Below are positions 11,542 through 20,840 of a stretch of DNA of 39,168 nucleotides, one piece after another. The stretch lies in the NCBI GenBank assembly GCA_052055015.1, contig JBQJIT010000057.1; one strand, written 5' to 3'. Within the stretch, counting starts at the first letter, position 1, and each line of letters opens with the position of its first letter. The notes beneath the pieces were generated by a model that had not been told where the DNA came from, searched no databases, and saw only the letters and a program-made list of their open reading frames with translations. The position numbers and the translations under genes were made by a program. The DNA is from Malassezia furfur. Lineage: Eukaryota.

Positions 11542-11862
11542 GATGGATAGGAAGGAGCGGGAGTCGCTTGTCATCGGCTTGACTCCTAGGTCACAGAATG
11601 TGATTGGTTTATCGGTTTCATTGCGTGGCAATCTTATCAGAGGCGCATTGATATACAAATATGGAGGGGCGAAATTAAAAAATGAGGCTGAATGACACAC
11701 CGCTACAGTTTGTCCGCGTGAATGTCTAGGCCACTTCTGCGCCATCGCCATACCGATTAGCGAGCGCAAACCGACAAACGTCATGTTGTTACCTGCCAGG
11801 TAAATGCTGGTTAGAAGTCATGGCGTTGGTAATGTGTGCCAGCACGGAAATGTCAAGGCGTT

Positions 11863-12556
11863 TCAGTACATGCACCTACGCCATACGCGAGCCACCAGGC
11901 AGACTTTTTTTTGAATGGCATCATACAAGACTTCATTCACGTATAATACAAGGGTACCAATAACAATGGTTGAACCAATAAAAAAGACCGTCATGCATAT
12001 ATACACCGTTTTAGACGTCTTCGGGATGACCTTGCATGGGTTATGTGCTTCAACGACTATGATCGATAGCATGTCTGGTCTCTGGTAAGTCCAAGGGGCA
12101 ATCACAATAGACACAAGTACACTACAAAATCGGCCTTTTTCCTCTAGATAAGAGATATTCGATCATAAGTACCGGACTTCCCCATTACCGGAACCCGGAC
12201 GAGTCGTGCTTGAAATTATCACCGTATATGGAGGACACAGTCATGACCAGCAGACTGACGGTTGTAGCAGCCTTGCAGAGGCCGACCCGAAACTCCACCA
12301 CACCAATTCAGCGGGAGCCCCAGGTATTAAGCAAGAAATTCGAGCCAAGGACAAAGAACAGCATTACAATATCTAACATGCCGACGTTGCTCACATCGAA
12401 TAAAGCCAGTGGCACGCTCGTTAGCACATTTAGCCCGAGTCAAAGCATGGAAACCTTCATAATCCAAAAATTGATCGTGCTCGCCGCGCCAAGAGCAGTG
12501 TCGACGAACGCGCCTGTAAGCGGTGGATTGAGCCGCGGACAGGCAGCAGCGTGACC
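11863..12556 (-). pseudogene. Degraded fragment of a yeast amino-acid permease (YAT/APC family, Agp2/Put4-like)
   Basis: Manual translation: FVDTALG..STINFW...*...LNTWGSR*IGVVEFRVGLCK...GDNFKHDSSGFR*W, then frameshift to GRFCSVLVSIVIAPWTYQRPDMLSIIVVEAHNPCKVIPKTSKTVYICMTVFFIG...GTLVLY. These follow the permease blocks FVD.ALG, GE.EF....K, HD..GFRYW, GP.......GEA.NPR...P, FFI in order. Stops at 12440-12442, 12308-12310, 12185-12187. Confidence 0.8.
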
Positions 12557-13110
12557 ATCTTACTAAGGCAAATTTTGAGTCAAAAGAGCATGCCATTCAT
12601 ATGCAAGTATCCGATCATGAGCGAGGTGGGACCGGCGTTTTGGTGAGCCCAATGCTCGTGTTGAAGATATTGATGTCGAAACTACCAGCTATGTAGTACA
12701 TGATAATCTATCCTGCACTCAAGTGGCGTGGTTCGACCTTAGTGTTGGCATCTACGACGCAAATGGCAACCCTGTGGTCATAATTGCCCTAGAAAATTTC
12801 AGGCTTTGCCCCAGGGACACTTGGTGATGTCGCTGCCATGCCTGGGCCGGCCAATATTACTGCGAGCTCTCTTCAAGATGCACATGATGCGTCGTATCTG
12901 AGCCTACAGTCTTATCAGATGAGTGATTTTTAGACAACAGCTACCATACTGTAAGGAATTCCGAGAATTGTAGTGGAATTCGCTCGTGAAACGTATCAGT
13001 AAAGTCGCTTAAGACGAAGTAGCTCGTGCGTTACATTAGGCCTGATGCACGGGCCATGAAATACACAATCGGGTCGGCCGAATCTCCATCTTCGCTTGGA
13101 CACAGTCGCT

Positions 13111-13920
13111 ATGGAATGGGAGGTAGACGAGCTTGACCTAAGCGCTTATCTGCGACGAATCAACCACCCTCCTGTGGATCGTGCTACAACAGAATCACTA
13201 CATTCTTTGTGCAAAGCTCATGTCCTCAGTATTCCCTTTGAGAACCTTGATCCAGCATGTGGCATTGAGCCATCACTTGTCATGAAGGATGTACAGAGTA
13301 AGATCATCGACCAACAGCGTGGCGGATACTGTTTTGAGCACATCTTGTTATTTTCTGCGGCTCTTGAACAAATGGGCTACAGGATTTATCGCCGGATTTC
13401 ACGAGTTTTCCCGGACAAACCTGGTACCACCACCCATGTCCTTGTCGAAGTTTATACCGAGGATAACGACGGTAAATGGATGGCAGATGTGGGATTCGGT
13501 GGCGGTATACTTCATCCTATGCCCATTAGATTTGGAGCAATGGTGGACCAGCTCGGATTCCTGCATAGGATCGTGCGCAATGGCCCTTTCTGGCGCCTGG
13601 AGAAGAAAGAGGACTCGGAAAAGTGGGTCGCCCAGCACGAATGGAGTGAGCTTCCTATCAGGAAAGTTGATTTTATTGTTTTGAATCATTATACTGCTAC
13701 TTCTCCGAGGTCACCGTTCTTTGGCCGACCAGTTGTCTTGCGAATTAAAAATGGCATGCTGCACAAACTCGTTGGTAACAAGATTTACACTGTGAGTCCA
13801 GGGAAGCCAGATGTCTCCAAAGATGTTCAAAAATCGAACATTCTTCAGGTCCTGAAATCGCTAGACCTTGACATCAGCAATGATATCGTCCGACATTTGC
13901 AAGAAAATTGGTCAGAGTAA
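13111..13920 (+). CDS. NAT: Arylamine N-acetyltransferase, intronless, bacterial-like
   Basis: LDL.AYL.RI, IPFENLD, RGGYCFE (catalytic Cys), TTHV (His), ADVGFG (Asp); ATG at 13111. Confidence 0.92.
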   Translation: MEWEVDELDLSAYLRRINHPPVDRATTESLHSLCKAHVLSIPFENLDPACGIEPSLVMKDVQSKIIDQQRGGYCFEHILLFSAALEQMGYRIYRRISRVFPDKPGTTTHVLVEVYTEDNDGKWMADVGFGGGILHPMPIRFGAMVDQLGFLHRIVRNGPFWRLEKKEDSEKWVAQHEWSELPIRKVDFIVLNHYTATSPRSPFFGRPVVLRIKNGMLHKLVGNKIYTVSPGKPDVSKDVQKSNILQVLKSLDLDISNDIVRHLQENWSE

Positions 13921-14282
13921 AACCAGTCCCAAGTGGAGTAAACCTGTGCCCCTCAATGCAGTGCCTGCTTATCAGCCAGGACTAGTTACAACCAGCAACG
14001 CGCTCCAAAAATATAGAATACAAGTACAAATATGCGCACATACGGGATTGTCCTGGCTACATATAAGCTGAGGTATACAGAGTCAAGGAGGTTCACCTTG
14101 CGTAGATACAAGAGGTGGCAAAGAATGGACCTCCACATTGGGAAGATGTTTCGGCCTAGGGTCATGCATACAATAAACTTCTATCTTGCATTGAGATGCT
14201 AGAAGTAACGCCCACAATGCGAAAAACTTGTCAGAGTTCGAAGGTTATATTACAGTCTCCTCACTTTTAGCCGCGTTAAACA

Positions 14283-15485
14283 ATGCTGCTTCCAAAAGTT
14301 AGCATTCTGGTTTTTGCTGCTGGCGCATCCGCCACGATCTTGCGGCTTCCCCACCACGACCACAGAGTTGTGGTAGCTCGCCGATCGACCCCGTCCAACG
14401 CAGCCGATCTTGCACAAGTGAAAAGTGCTAGGCAGCAATGTGCTTCTTATGAAGATCAGGGTGTTGAGCAAATGAAGCAGCAAAATGAGTTCCCCGCGCC
14501 AGACCAAATTGCCAGCATTCTCGACAACGACCAAGAAGCAAGAGCGCTGTACAACGAGATTAAGGGCGGAATTCCTAATATCGATGTCCGTCAAGCATCT
14601 TCTGATCATACGAGCTTTGGAACAAATAACTACCCATCGTCAGACCCCGACTGCTGGTGGTCGTGGACAGGGTGTCATAAGCCCAAGCACCCTAACATTC
14701 TCCCAGACATTACCCAGTGCAAGGAGCAGAGTACCTGGGGTCTTACGTTTGATGATGGACCGTACTGCTCTCACAACAAGCTTTACAACTTTTTGCAAAG
14801 TGAGAAAGTCCGTGCGACTTTGTTCTACATTGGTTCCAATGTGCTTAACAACCCTTACCAAGCTCAGCGGGGTCTTGTGGACGGACATGATATTTGCCAC
14901 CACACCTGGTCGCATCGGCTGATGACAACGCTTTCGAATGAGCAAGTGTTCGCCGAGCTTTATTACGCTGGAAAGGTCATCAAGAAAGTGATTGGTGTGA
15001 CGCCGTTGTGCTGGCGACCTCCTCAAGGCGACGTGGACGATCGTGTCCGCTACATCGCCTCTGCGCTTGGCATGCGTACGATTCTCTGGAAAGAAGACAC
15101 GAATGACTGGAACATCCAGCCCGACGGTAGTGATTCGGTGTCAAAAATTGATGAAAACTATCGCAAGATCATCAATAAGGCCGGCTCAGAATCCCCGGTC
15201 GTGTTGACTCACGAGCTCTCCTCGCATACCATGAACGAGTTCATGAAGATGTATCCTGAGATCAAGAAGGCGTACCAGCATGTTTCTCCTTTGAGCGCTT
15301 GCTTGAATGTGCGTCATCCTTACAAGGAAAATATTACGTACCCCAACTTCTCCGAGTATACTTCGGGGAATCTCAACTACCAGTCGCTCCCGACAGGCAC
15401 GCAGATCAAGACGAAGCCTTCTGCGCACTACAAACCTGTACCGATCAGTCAGGAATCCCATGGATTCCACCATAACTCCTCTTAG
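14283..15485 (+). CDS. Secreted chitin deacetylase (CE4/NodB domain)
   Basis: Signal peptide; basidiomycete-type CWWSWTGC; TFDDGP, HTWSH, WRPP.GDVDDRVR, DTNDW, VLTHE. Confidence 0.92.
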   Translation: MLLPKVSILVFAAGASATILRLPHHDHRVVVARRSTPSNAADLAQVKSARQQCASYEDQGVEQMKQQNEFPAPDQIASILDNDQEARALYNEIKGGIPNIDVRQASSDHTSFGTNNYPSSDPDCWWSWTGCHKPKHPNILPDITQCKEQSTWGLTFDDGPYCSHNKLYNFLQSEKVRATLFYIGSNVLNNPYQAQRGLVDGHDICHHTWSHRLMTTLSNEQVFAELYYAGKVIKKVIGVTPLCWRPPQGDVDDRVRYIASALGMRTILWKEDTNDWNIQPDGSDSVSKIDENYRKIINKAGSESPVVLTHELSSHTMNEFMKMYPEIKKAYQHVSPLSACLNVRHPYKENITYPNFSEYTSGNLNYQSLPTGTQIKTKPSAHYKPVPISQESHGFHHNSS

Positions 15486-15775
15486 TTATCAATTTTTTTT
15501 TTTTCATTTGTTTATTATTTTGCTTGAGCTTTTCTATTTGCATCGTACGCTACAGGGCTTTATCCGGGGCCATCCCCGCCGCCGAATGATTGTAAAAAGA
15601 GCACTGCTATGGATCGCTATAATCGCAATGTACCTCGAGATTGATACCCTGCCAGTGTGGTTTTTTCGAAATAACTTGGCTGCGCAATATGAAATGCTTG
15701 CCGGCTTGTTTCTGCTCTTAGTTTGCACCGGAAATTGGGCGCATGGGTTCCCTTATTTGATACGATAGAGTAAGC

Positions 15776-17434
15776 TTAACACGCTTTTTCTTCGTCTTCT
15801 ACTTGAGTTCGATTCCTATCTATACATGGACCATCAAGTTCCTCCTTGGTCCTGGGATCGTTCGAATCAACAACAGCTTCAAATTCCGGTGGTTCGTCAC
15901 CGGTACGCTTGGACATGGCTCTAAGCTTTTCGCCATAGATATAGAATGCAACAGTAATTGGCATCATTAATGCAGCAAGGCCACCAAGCAAACTGCAGCC
16001 TCCCTGTAATGTGAGCTGTTTAAACATTGCAGTAGAAAACAAGGGAAAAGCGCCACCAAATCCGGAGCGAAACAATCCATTGCTAGTATAGGCAGAAGCC
16101 AAATAGCGGGGAAAATTTTCGCCTAGATAAGCATAAAATGCTTGGAAGATCAAGTAGGTGCTGCCCATGAACATAGAATAGGCAAGTAATGGCGATATCC
16201 AATGCACTGAGGTGAATGTAGTCCATCCAAACCAGAACACAGACGCCGGAAAAAGCAAACCACCAAAAAATCCAGGCTCCATACGATATTCAGGCTTCCA
16301 CTTCCCCGCTTTAAAACGCGGCAGAACAACCTTTTGGTTGTAAACACAGTAGCCCAGGAATACAATGACACAACCGATGTAGCCTCCCACGTATGCAATG
16401 CCTAAGGCACCCAAAGAAAAACCATGCTTGCCCCGGAATGTAAGTGGGAATGCTTCAAAAAAGCAATACATAATCCCATAAATGTATGCGAGGTAGATAT
16501 TGGTACAGAGAAGCACAGGCTCAGTGAATGTGAGTTCAAACGGACGGTATAAAGTCTCAACGACCAAGTCAGAAGCTTTAAAACGCCTGTCCTTCAATTC
16601 GCCTCGAGATCGGTACTTGTGAGACCCTGTCTTTTTGCGAATCTGTCGTGCTCGCCGAGTCAGGATTGTCTCGCCGCTTGTTTCGGGAAGTGTGAAGAAC
16701 AAAATAAGCCACGTTATCCCGTTCATGCAGAGCAGCGGCCAAATAGACCAGCGCCAACCTAGCTCCTGAACTGCGTAACTGGATACGATAGGCCCTAAAG
16801 TGGGTCCACCACATGCGCCAAGGTCCCAGAAAGCAAGGGCATTCATGAATCCGCCTTCAATCCGCCACATATCGCCAATACTTGCGCCCCCAGTCGTCAG
16901 AACAGGTCCGCCCAAGAAACCGGACACGAAACGAAGAATCATGTATCCAGCAATGTTGTTGACCAGTGCATTTGGGATCTGGAGCACACTAAAGAGACCA
17001 AGACCGAAAATGTAAGGTCCATTGCGGCCCACCCAGGATATTTCAGTGATGGGAGAAAGAAGACATGGTCCAACCCCATAGCCACAAACAAACAACGATA
17101 GGGATAGAGCCGCAACAACTTCCGACACATGAAAGTATTCGGCCATTTGCGGGATAGCTGGCGAGACAATGCTGCTCCCCATGTAAACTGTCATTGTCAT
17201 GAGGAACATCAGCCACGTCACGTAAAGCTTATACGTGAACGACCAGTTGTAGGGGTTTTCAGGATCCTCTTCGCCATACCAGCCAACCAAGATTTCGCCC
17301 GTATTCTCATCTTTAGTGAAGTATTGCTTCAAATATGAAATATCGACTTTCTCTGTCTGGGATTTGAAGCAATGCCCCCTTGAGACAAAGCGCACGAGAT
17401 CGCCGAACGCTGTGTCATAGAACAATGCTGCCAT
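15776..17434 (-). CDS. MFS drug:H+ antiporter, DHA1 family
   Basis: WYGEEDPENPYNWS, SLFVCGYGVGP...SP..E..GR, TGGASIGD, GPTLGP, LPET; about 12 hydrophobic segments; likely ATG 17434 (MAALFYDT). Confidence 0.9.
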   Translation of the reverse strand: MAALFYDTAFGDLVRFVSRGHCFKSQTEKVDISYLKQYFTKDENTGEILVGWYGEEDPENPYNWSFTYKLYVTWLMFLMTMTVYMGSSIVSPAIPQMAEYFHVSEVVAALSLSLFVCGYGVGPCLLSPITEISWVGRNGPYIFGLGLFSVLQIPNALVNNIAGYMILRFVSGFLGGPVLTTGGASIGDMWRIEGGFMNALAFWDLGACGGPTLGPIVSSYAVQELGWRWSIWPLLCMNGITWLILFFTLPETSGETILTRRARQIRKKTGSHKYRSRGELKDRRFKASDLVVETLYRPFELTFTEPVLLCTNIYLAYIYGIMYCFFEAFPLTFRGKHGFSLGALGIAYVGGYIGCVIVFLGYCVYNQKVVLPRFKAGKWKPEYRMEPGFFGGLLFPASVFWFGWTTFTSVHWISPLLAYSMFMGSTYLIFQAFYAYLGENFPRYLASAYTSNGLFRSGFGGAFPLFSTAMFKQLTLQGGCSLLGGLAALMMPITVAFYIYGEKLRAMSKRTGDEPPEFEAVVDSNDPRTKEELDGPCIDRNRTQVEDEEKAC

Positions 17435-18212
17435 TACAGTTGTCGTAGGTGCAGGCCATACAAGGCTTCTTGTACCAGAAACACTTGCACGTTCGAGTTT
17501 AATACACCAAAGGATGAAATGGAATCTTACGCCATCGCACCGGTGACTAGGAAGTGTGGAGACCTGCATCGGCAAGATCGCCGCTTTGGGAATTATGCCC
17601 GAGCTGTGGCCAAAGCAAAGCCGGCTAAGCAAAGCATGGAAGCGGCTTGACATCCGCATACAAATCAAAAGTGATACACCATAGGAACCTAGGATTTGTG
17701 CTTTGAATGCACTGGGATGTAGCCTTGTTTATAATATCCCCGTAAGTACAGAAGACTTCTATTGTTTTGGAGTACTATCGGTGCGTTTTGGACTAGCGCA
17801 CATGACATCGTCGAGCCGCGCACGAGCAAGCAAACTGACTCTATCCCCAGCTTGTCTTGGCATTCGGCTACCAAAATAACTTGGTCACTAGACCTACATC
17901 ACCGTATCTTGGGGGAAGACATCTTGCCAGGAGACACCATGTTTAGTCACAGCTGTCTCCGGCCAAAGGCTTATTCAGACGAGGTCGACATAGGCTACCC
18001 AGTGTGGAAAGGCCTGCTGCGGTCAGCGTGGGGACAATTTCGATTGACCCGCGTCGGGCTCGCGAATGCGCCGAGCTCGCCGCCGATAGGCTCGGGCGTA
18101 ATTTGTAGGCTCTGATTCGCCACAGCGAGCAGGTGGGGTTGTGGAGGCAAACGTCACCACGCCAGATTCGTGCCCCTAGCGTACCCCAGGCCCCATGTAT
18201 GTGAAAAAAAAA

Positions 18213-18234
18213 AAAATGCGGAACCCCGCATTTT
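18213..18234. promoter_or_regulatory. Perfect 9-bp inverted repeat AAAATGCGG-AACC-CCGCATTTT upstream of the ATO-like gene, containing a Mig1/CreA-type GCGGGG on the minus strand
   Basis: Seen directly, 55 nt upstream of the ATG at 18290 and adjoining a poly-A tract; function inferred. Confidence 0.4.
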
Positions 18235-18289
18235 GTTTTGAAGGGCTTTAAAAAGGCGCACAAAGACTTCGCACAGAATACCTTCCTCC

Positions 18290-19216
18290 ATGTCTGAGGC
18301 TGCCAACGTCACCTGGCAGACTACTCAAGGCGCTGACCAAAAGTCTGGCGATACGGTACACTTTGGAACTAAAACAATGGCGACTGCAGACGACCACCCG
18401 CTGACGCGCCATATGTCGCACGAAGAGCGGCAGACTGCCATTCGCGCGGCGCGCTTCGGCTACGGACCGCTTGCGTACACCTCCCCCGAAGAGCGTGCCA
18501 AGATGCTTCCGGCTTTCGGTGGTGAAATGCAACCCGGTCTGTACAAGGGTGTCGAAGAACGCAAGTTTGCTAATCCGGCTCCACTTGGCCTTTCGGCTTT
18601 TGCGCTTACCACGTTTGTGCTTTCGTTGATCAACATGGGCACGCTTAACCTCTCCAACTCGTCTATCATTATCTCGCTTGGATTTGCCTATGGTGGGCTG
18701 GTCCAGCTTCTGGCAGGCATGTGGGAAATGGCCATTGGTAACACATTTGGTGCAACTGCGCTGTCTTCGTACGGCGGCTTTTGGATCTCGTTTGCCATTC
18801 TGCTTACGCCGGGAGGTTTTGGCATCGAGGCAACACTCGAAAAAGCCGAGGGTGCTCGCGGTCTACTCGACAACATTGGGCTGTATTTGTTTGGCTGGTT
18901 CATCTTCACGTTCATTCTTCTTCTTTGTACGCTGAAGTCGACCGTGGCATTCTGCATGCTCTTCTTCCTTTTGGATTGGACGTTCCTCATGCTCGGCATT
19001 GCTTATATTCGAAATGATGGACAAGCACCGCATTCGGGCCTTCTTCGTGCGGGCGGTGCCTTTGGCATTGTAACGGCATTTGTGGCGTGGTACAATGCAT
19101 ACGCCGGTCTTGCTGACGAGTCGAACTCGTTCCTGCTTATCCCTGTCATTTACTTCCCTTGGACTGAGAGGGGGCGGAAGCAGTGGTTCGATCAGAAGAA
19201 CGACAGTATCGCATGA
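18290..19216 (+). CDS. GPR1/FUN34/YaaH (ATO/Ady2) acetate/ammonia transporter
   Basis: AFGG..QPG, FANPAPLGLSAFALTT, YGGLVQLLAGMWE...GNTFGATALSSYGGFW. Confidence 0.93.
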   Translation: MSEAANVTWQTTQGADQKSGDTVHFGTKTMATADDHPLTRHMSHEERQTAIRAARFGYGPLAYTSPEERAKMLPAFGGEMQPGLYKGVEERKFANPAPLGLSAFALTTFVLSLINMGTLNLSNSSIIISLGFAYGGLVQLLAGMWEMAIGNTFGATALSSYGGFWISFAILLTPGGFGIEATLEKAEGARGLLDNIGLYLFGWFIFTFILLLCTLKSTVAFCMLFFLLDWTFLMLGIAYIRNDGQAPHSGLLRAGGAFGIVTAFVAWYNAYAGLADESNSFLLIPVIYFPWTERGRKQWFDQKNDSIA

Positions 19217-19682
19217 AATATGGACTCAAAAGATCCAGATTCAACTCAAATTGCAAGGAAAGACAAGATACCTGGTTTGCTTGCCAAGTTTGTGGGCAAA
19301 CTAAAGCATGTCTAAGGCATTCTGATAGTTAAGGTTTAGGAGATTTCGATGTCACGAGGGAAAGCCAAATGAAGCCGAGACGAAACTAGAATTAGCTGCT
19401 GCACAGTTGTATCAGGTCGAGCTAAAGGAGGAGCGGGTTGTGATGTATACAATCGGCAAGGACGAGACCAAGCCAGAGATCCAAAAAAGGAATTGTGATT
19501 TTCAGTTATTTGCACTATCGATATGATGTGATTCATAAGTTGCATTTTCTTTGAGCTTGCGCACGGACCCATGCGACCCGATCCGATGAACGGGAAAATC
19601 ACTCGCATCGATTCTCGCCACATGGTCGACCGTCCACTATTCATTGATGACGAAGAAATCTAGTGGTGATTTTCATATTACC

Positions 19683-20714
19683 ATGGCTTCTACTGTACCA
19701 ACTCGCAATCTCGGTGGTAGTGCATCTAATATATCTGTTGGCGCCATTGGTTTTGGTCTCATGTCTCTGACCTGGGTTGCGCCTGAGCGTGTAGTGCCAG
19801 ATGAACAAGCCTTTCCCCTTCTTCTCAAGGCGATTGAGGGCGGTGCCACGTACTGGAACTCTGCGACATTTTATGGCTCGAACGATCCTTGGGCAAATAT
19901 TAAGTTGATCTCTCGTTTCTTTGAAAAGTACCCTGAGTACATGGACAAGATCACTCTTGGTATCAAAGGAGGTTTCAACCCCACAGGTAACCTATTTAAT
20001 CCGGATTCAAGCGAAGAAAATTTGCGTCGTGAACTGTCAGAGCTCAGACAACTACTCGGAAAGAAAAAAATCGATATCTATGGACCCGCCCGGAGGGACA
20101 CGAAAATCTCGGTTGAGGCAAGCACAGCGACTTTGGCGAAGCTTTGCAAAGAGGGCTTTTTCTCCCACATTGGCCTGAGTGAAGTCAATGCGGACTCAAT
20201 TCGTACTGCAGCAAAGGTGCACCCTATCGCAACTGTGGAAGTAGAGTACAGCCCTTTCTCTATGGATATGGAGTCAAACGGTGTACTTCAAGCTTGCAAG
20301 GAAAATGATATTGCCATCTTGGCTTACTCCCCACTCTCTCGTGGTTTCTTTACGGGCACTCTGCGCAAGCGCAGTGATATTCCTGAAGGAGACGTGCGAT
20401 TGATGCTCGACCGCTTCAACGAGAAGAATTTCGATTTTAACGTGCAGTTGACCGATAAGATCACTGAACTTGCCAGATCCATTGGTGTTGCCCCTACACA
20501 GTTGACGTTGGCTTGGGAGCTTCACCGTTATGATAAACTCATCCCTATTCCAGGTACAACGAAGACCGCAAATCTGGTACAAAACTTGGACAGTGCCAGT
20601 GTCTCGGTCTCGCCAGAAGTTCTGAGAAGGTTTGACACTCTTGCCGACGAAGTTAGTACAAAGGTGACTGGGTACCGCTACAATGCACACCTTAATTCCA
20701 CACTCGAGCTATGA
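19683..20714 (+). CDS. Aldo-keto reductase, pyridoxal reductase-like
   Basis: IGFGLM.LTW, WNSATFYG, IKGG, GPARRD, IGLSEV, EVEYSP, AYSPL.RG, IPIPGT. Asn and Ala at the usual catalytic Asp and His positions fit the pyridoxal-reductase branch. Confidence 0.85.
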   Translation: MASTVPTRNLGGSASNISVGAIGFGLMSLTWVAPERVVPDEQAFPLLLKAIEGGATYWNSATFYGSNDPWANIKLISRFFEKYPEYMDKITLGIKGGFNPTGNLFNPDSSEENLRRELSELRQLLGKKKIDIYGPARRDTKISVEASTATLAKLCKEGFFSHIGLSEVNADSIRTAAKVHPIATVEVEYSPFSMDMESNGVLQACKENDIAILAYSPLSRGFFTGTLRKRSDIPEGDVRLMLDRFNEKNFDFNVQLTDKITELARSIGVAPTQLTLAWELHRYDKLIPIPGTTKTANLVQNLDSASVSVSPEVLRRFDTLADEVSTKVTGYRYNAHLNSTLEL

Positions 20715-20840
20715 AGCATGGCACTGCATTACTGCAAGACTAGCGAGCTCCACACGTCGGCGCATTGACCAACAGCTTAAAGACATTCAGACACACGTCT
20801 GAGGCTTAACAAATAAACGTTCTGAAACTGAACCCCTACC

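Noticed and set aside
12621..12827. ATG-less stop-free frame containing DLSVGIYDANGN, faintly like hydantoinase B/oxoprolinase
   Set aside because: Single weak motif with no supporting blocks; needs tBLASTn.
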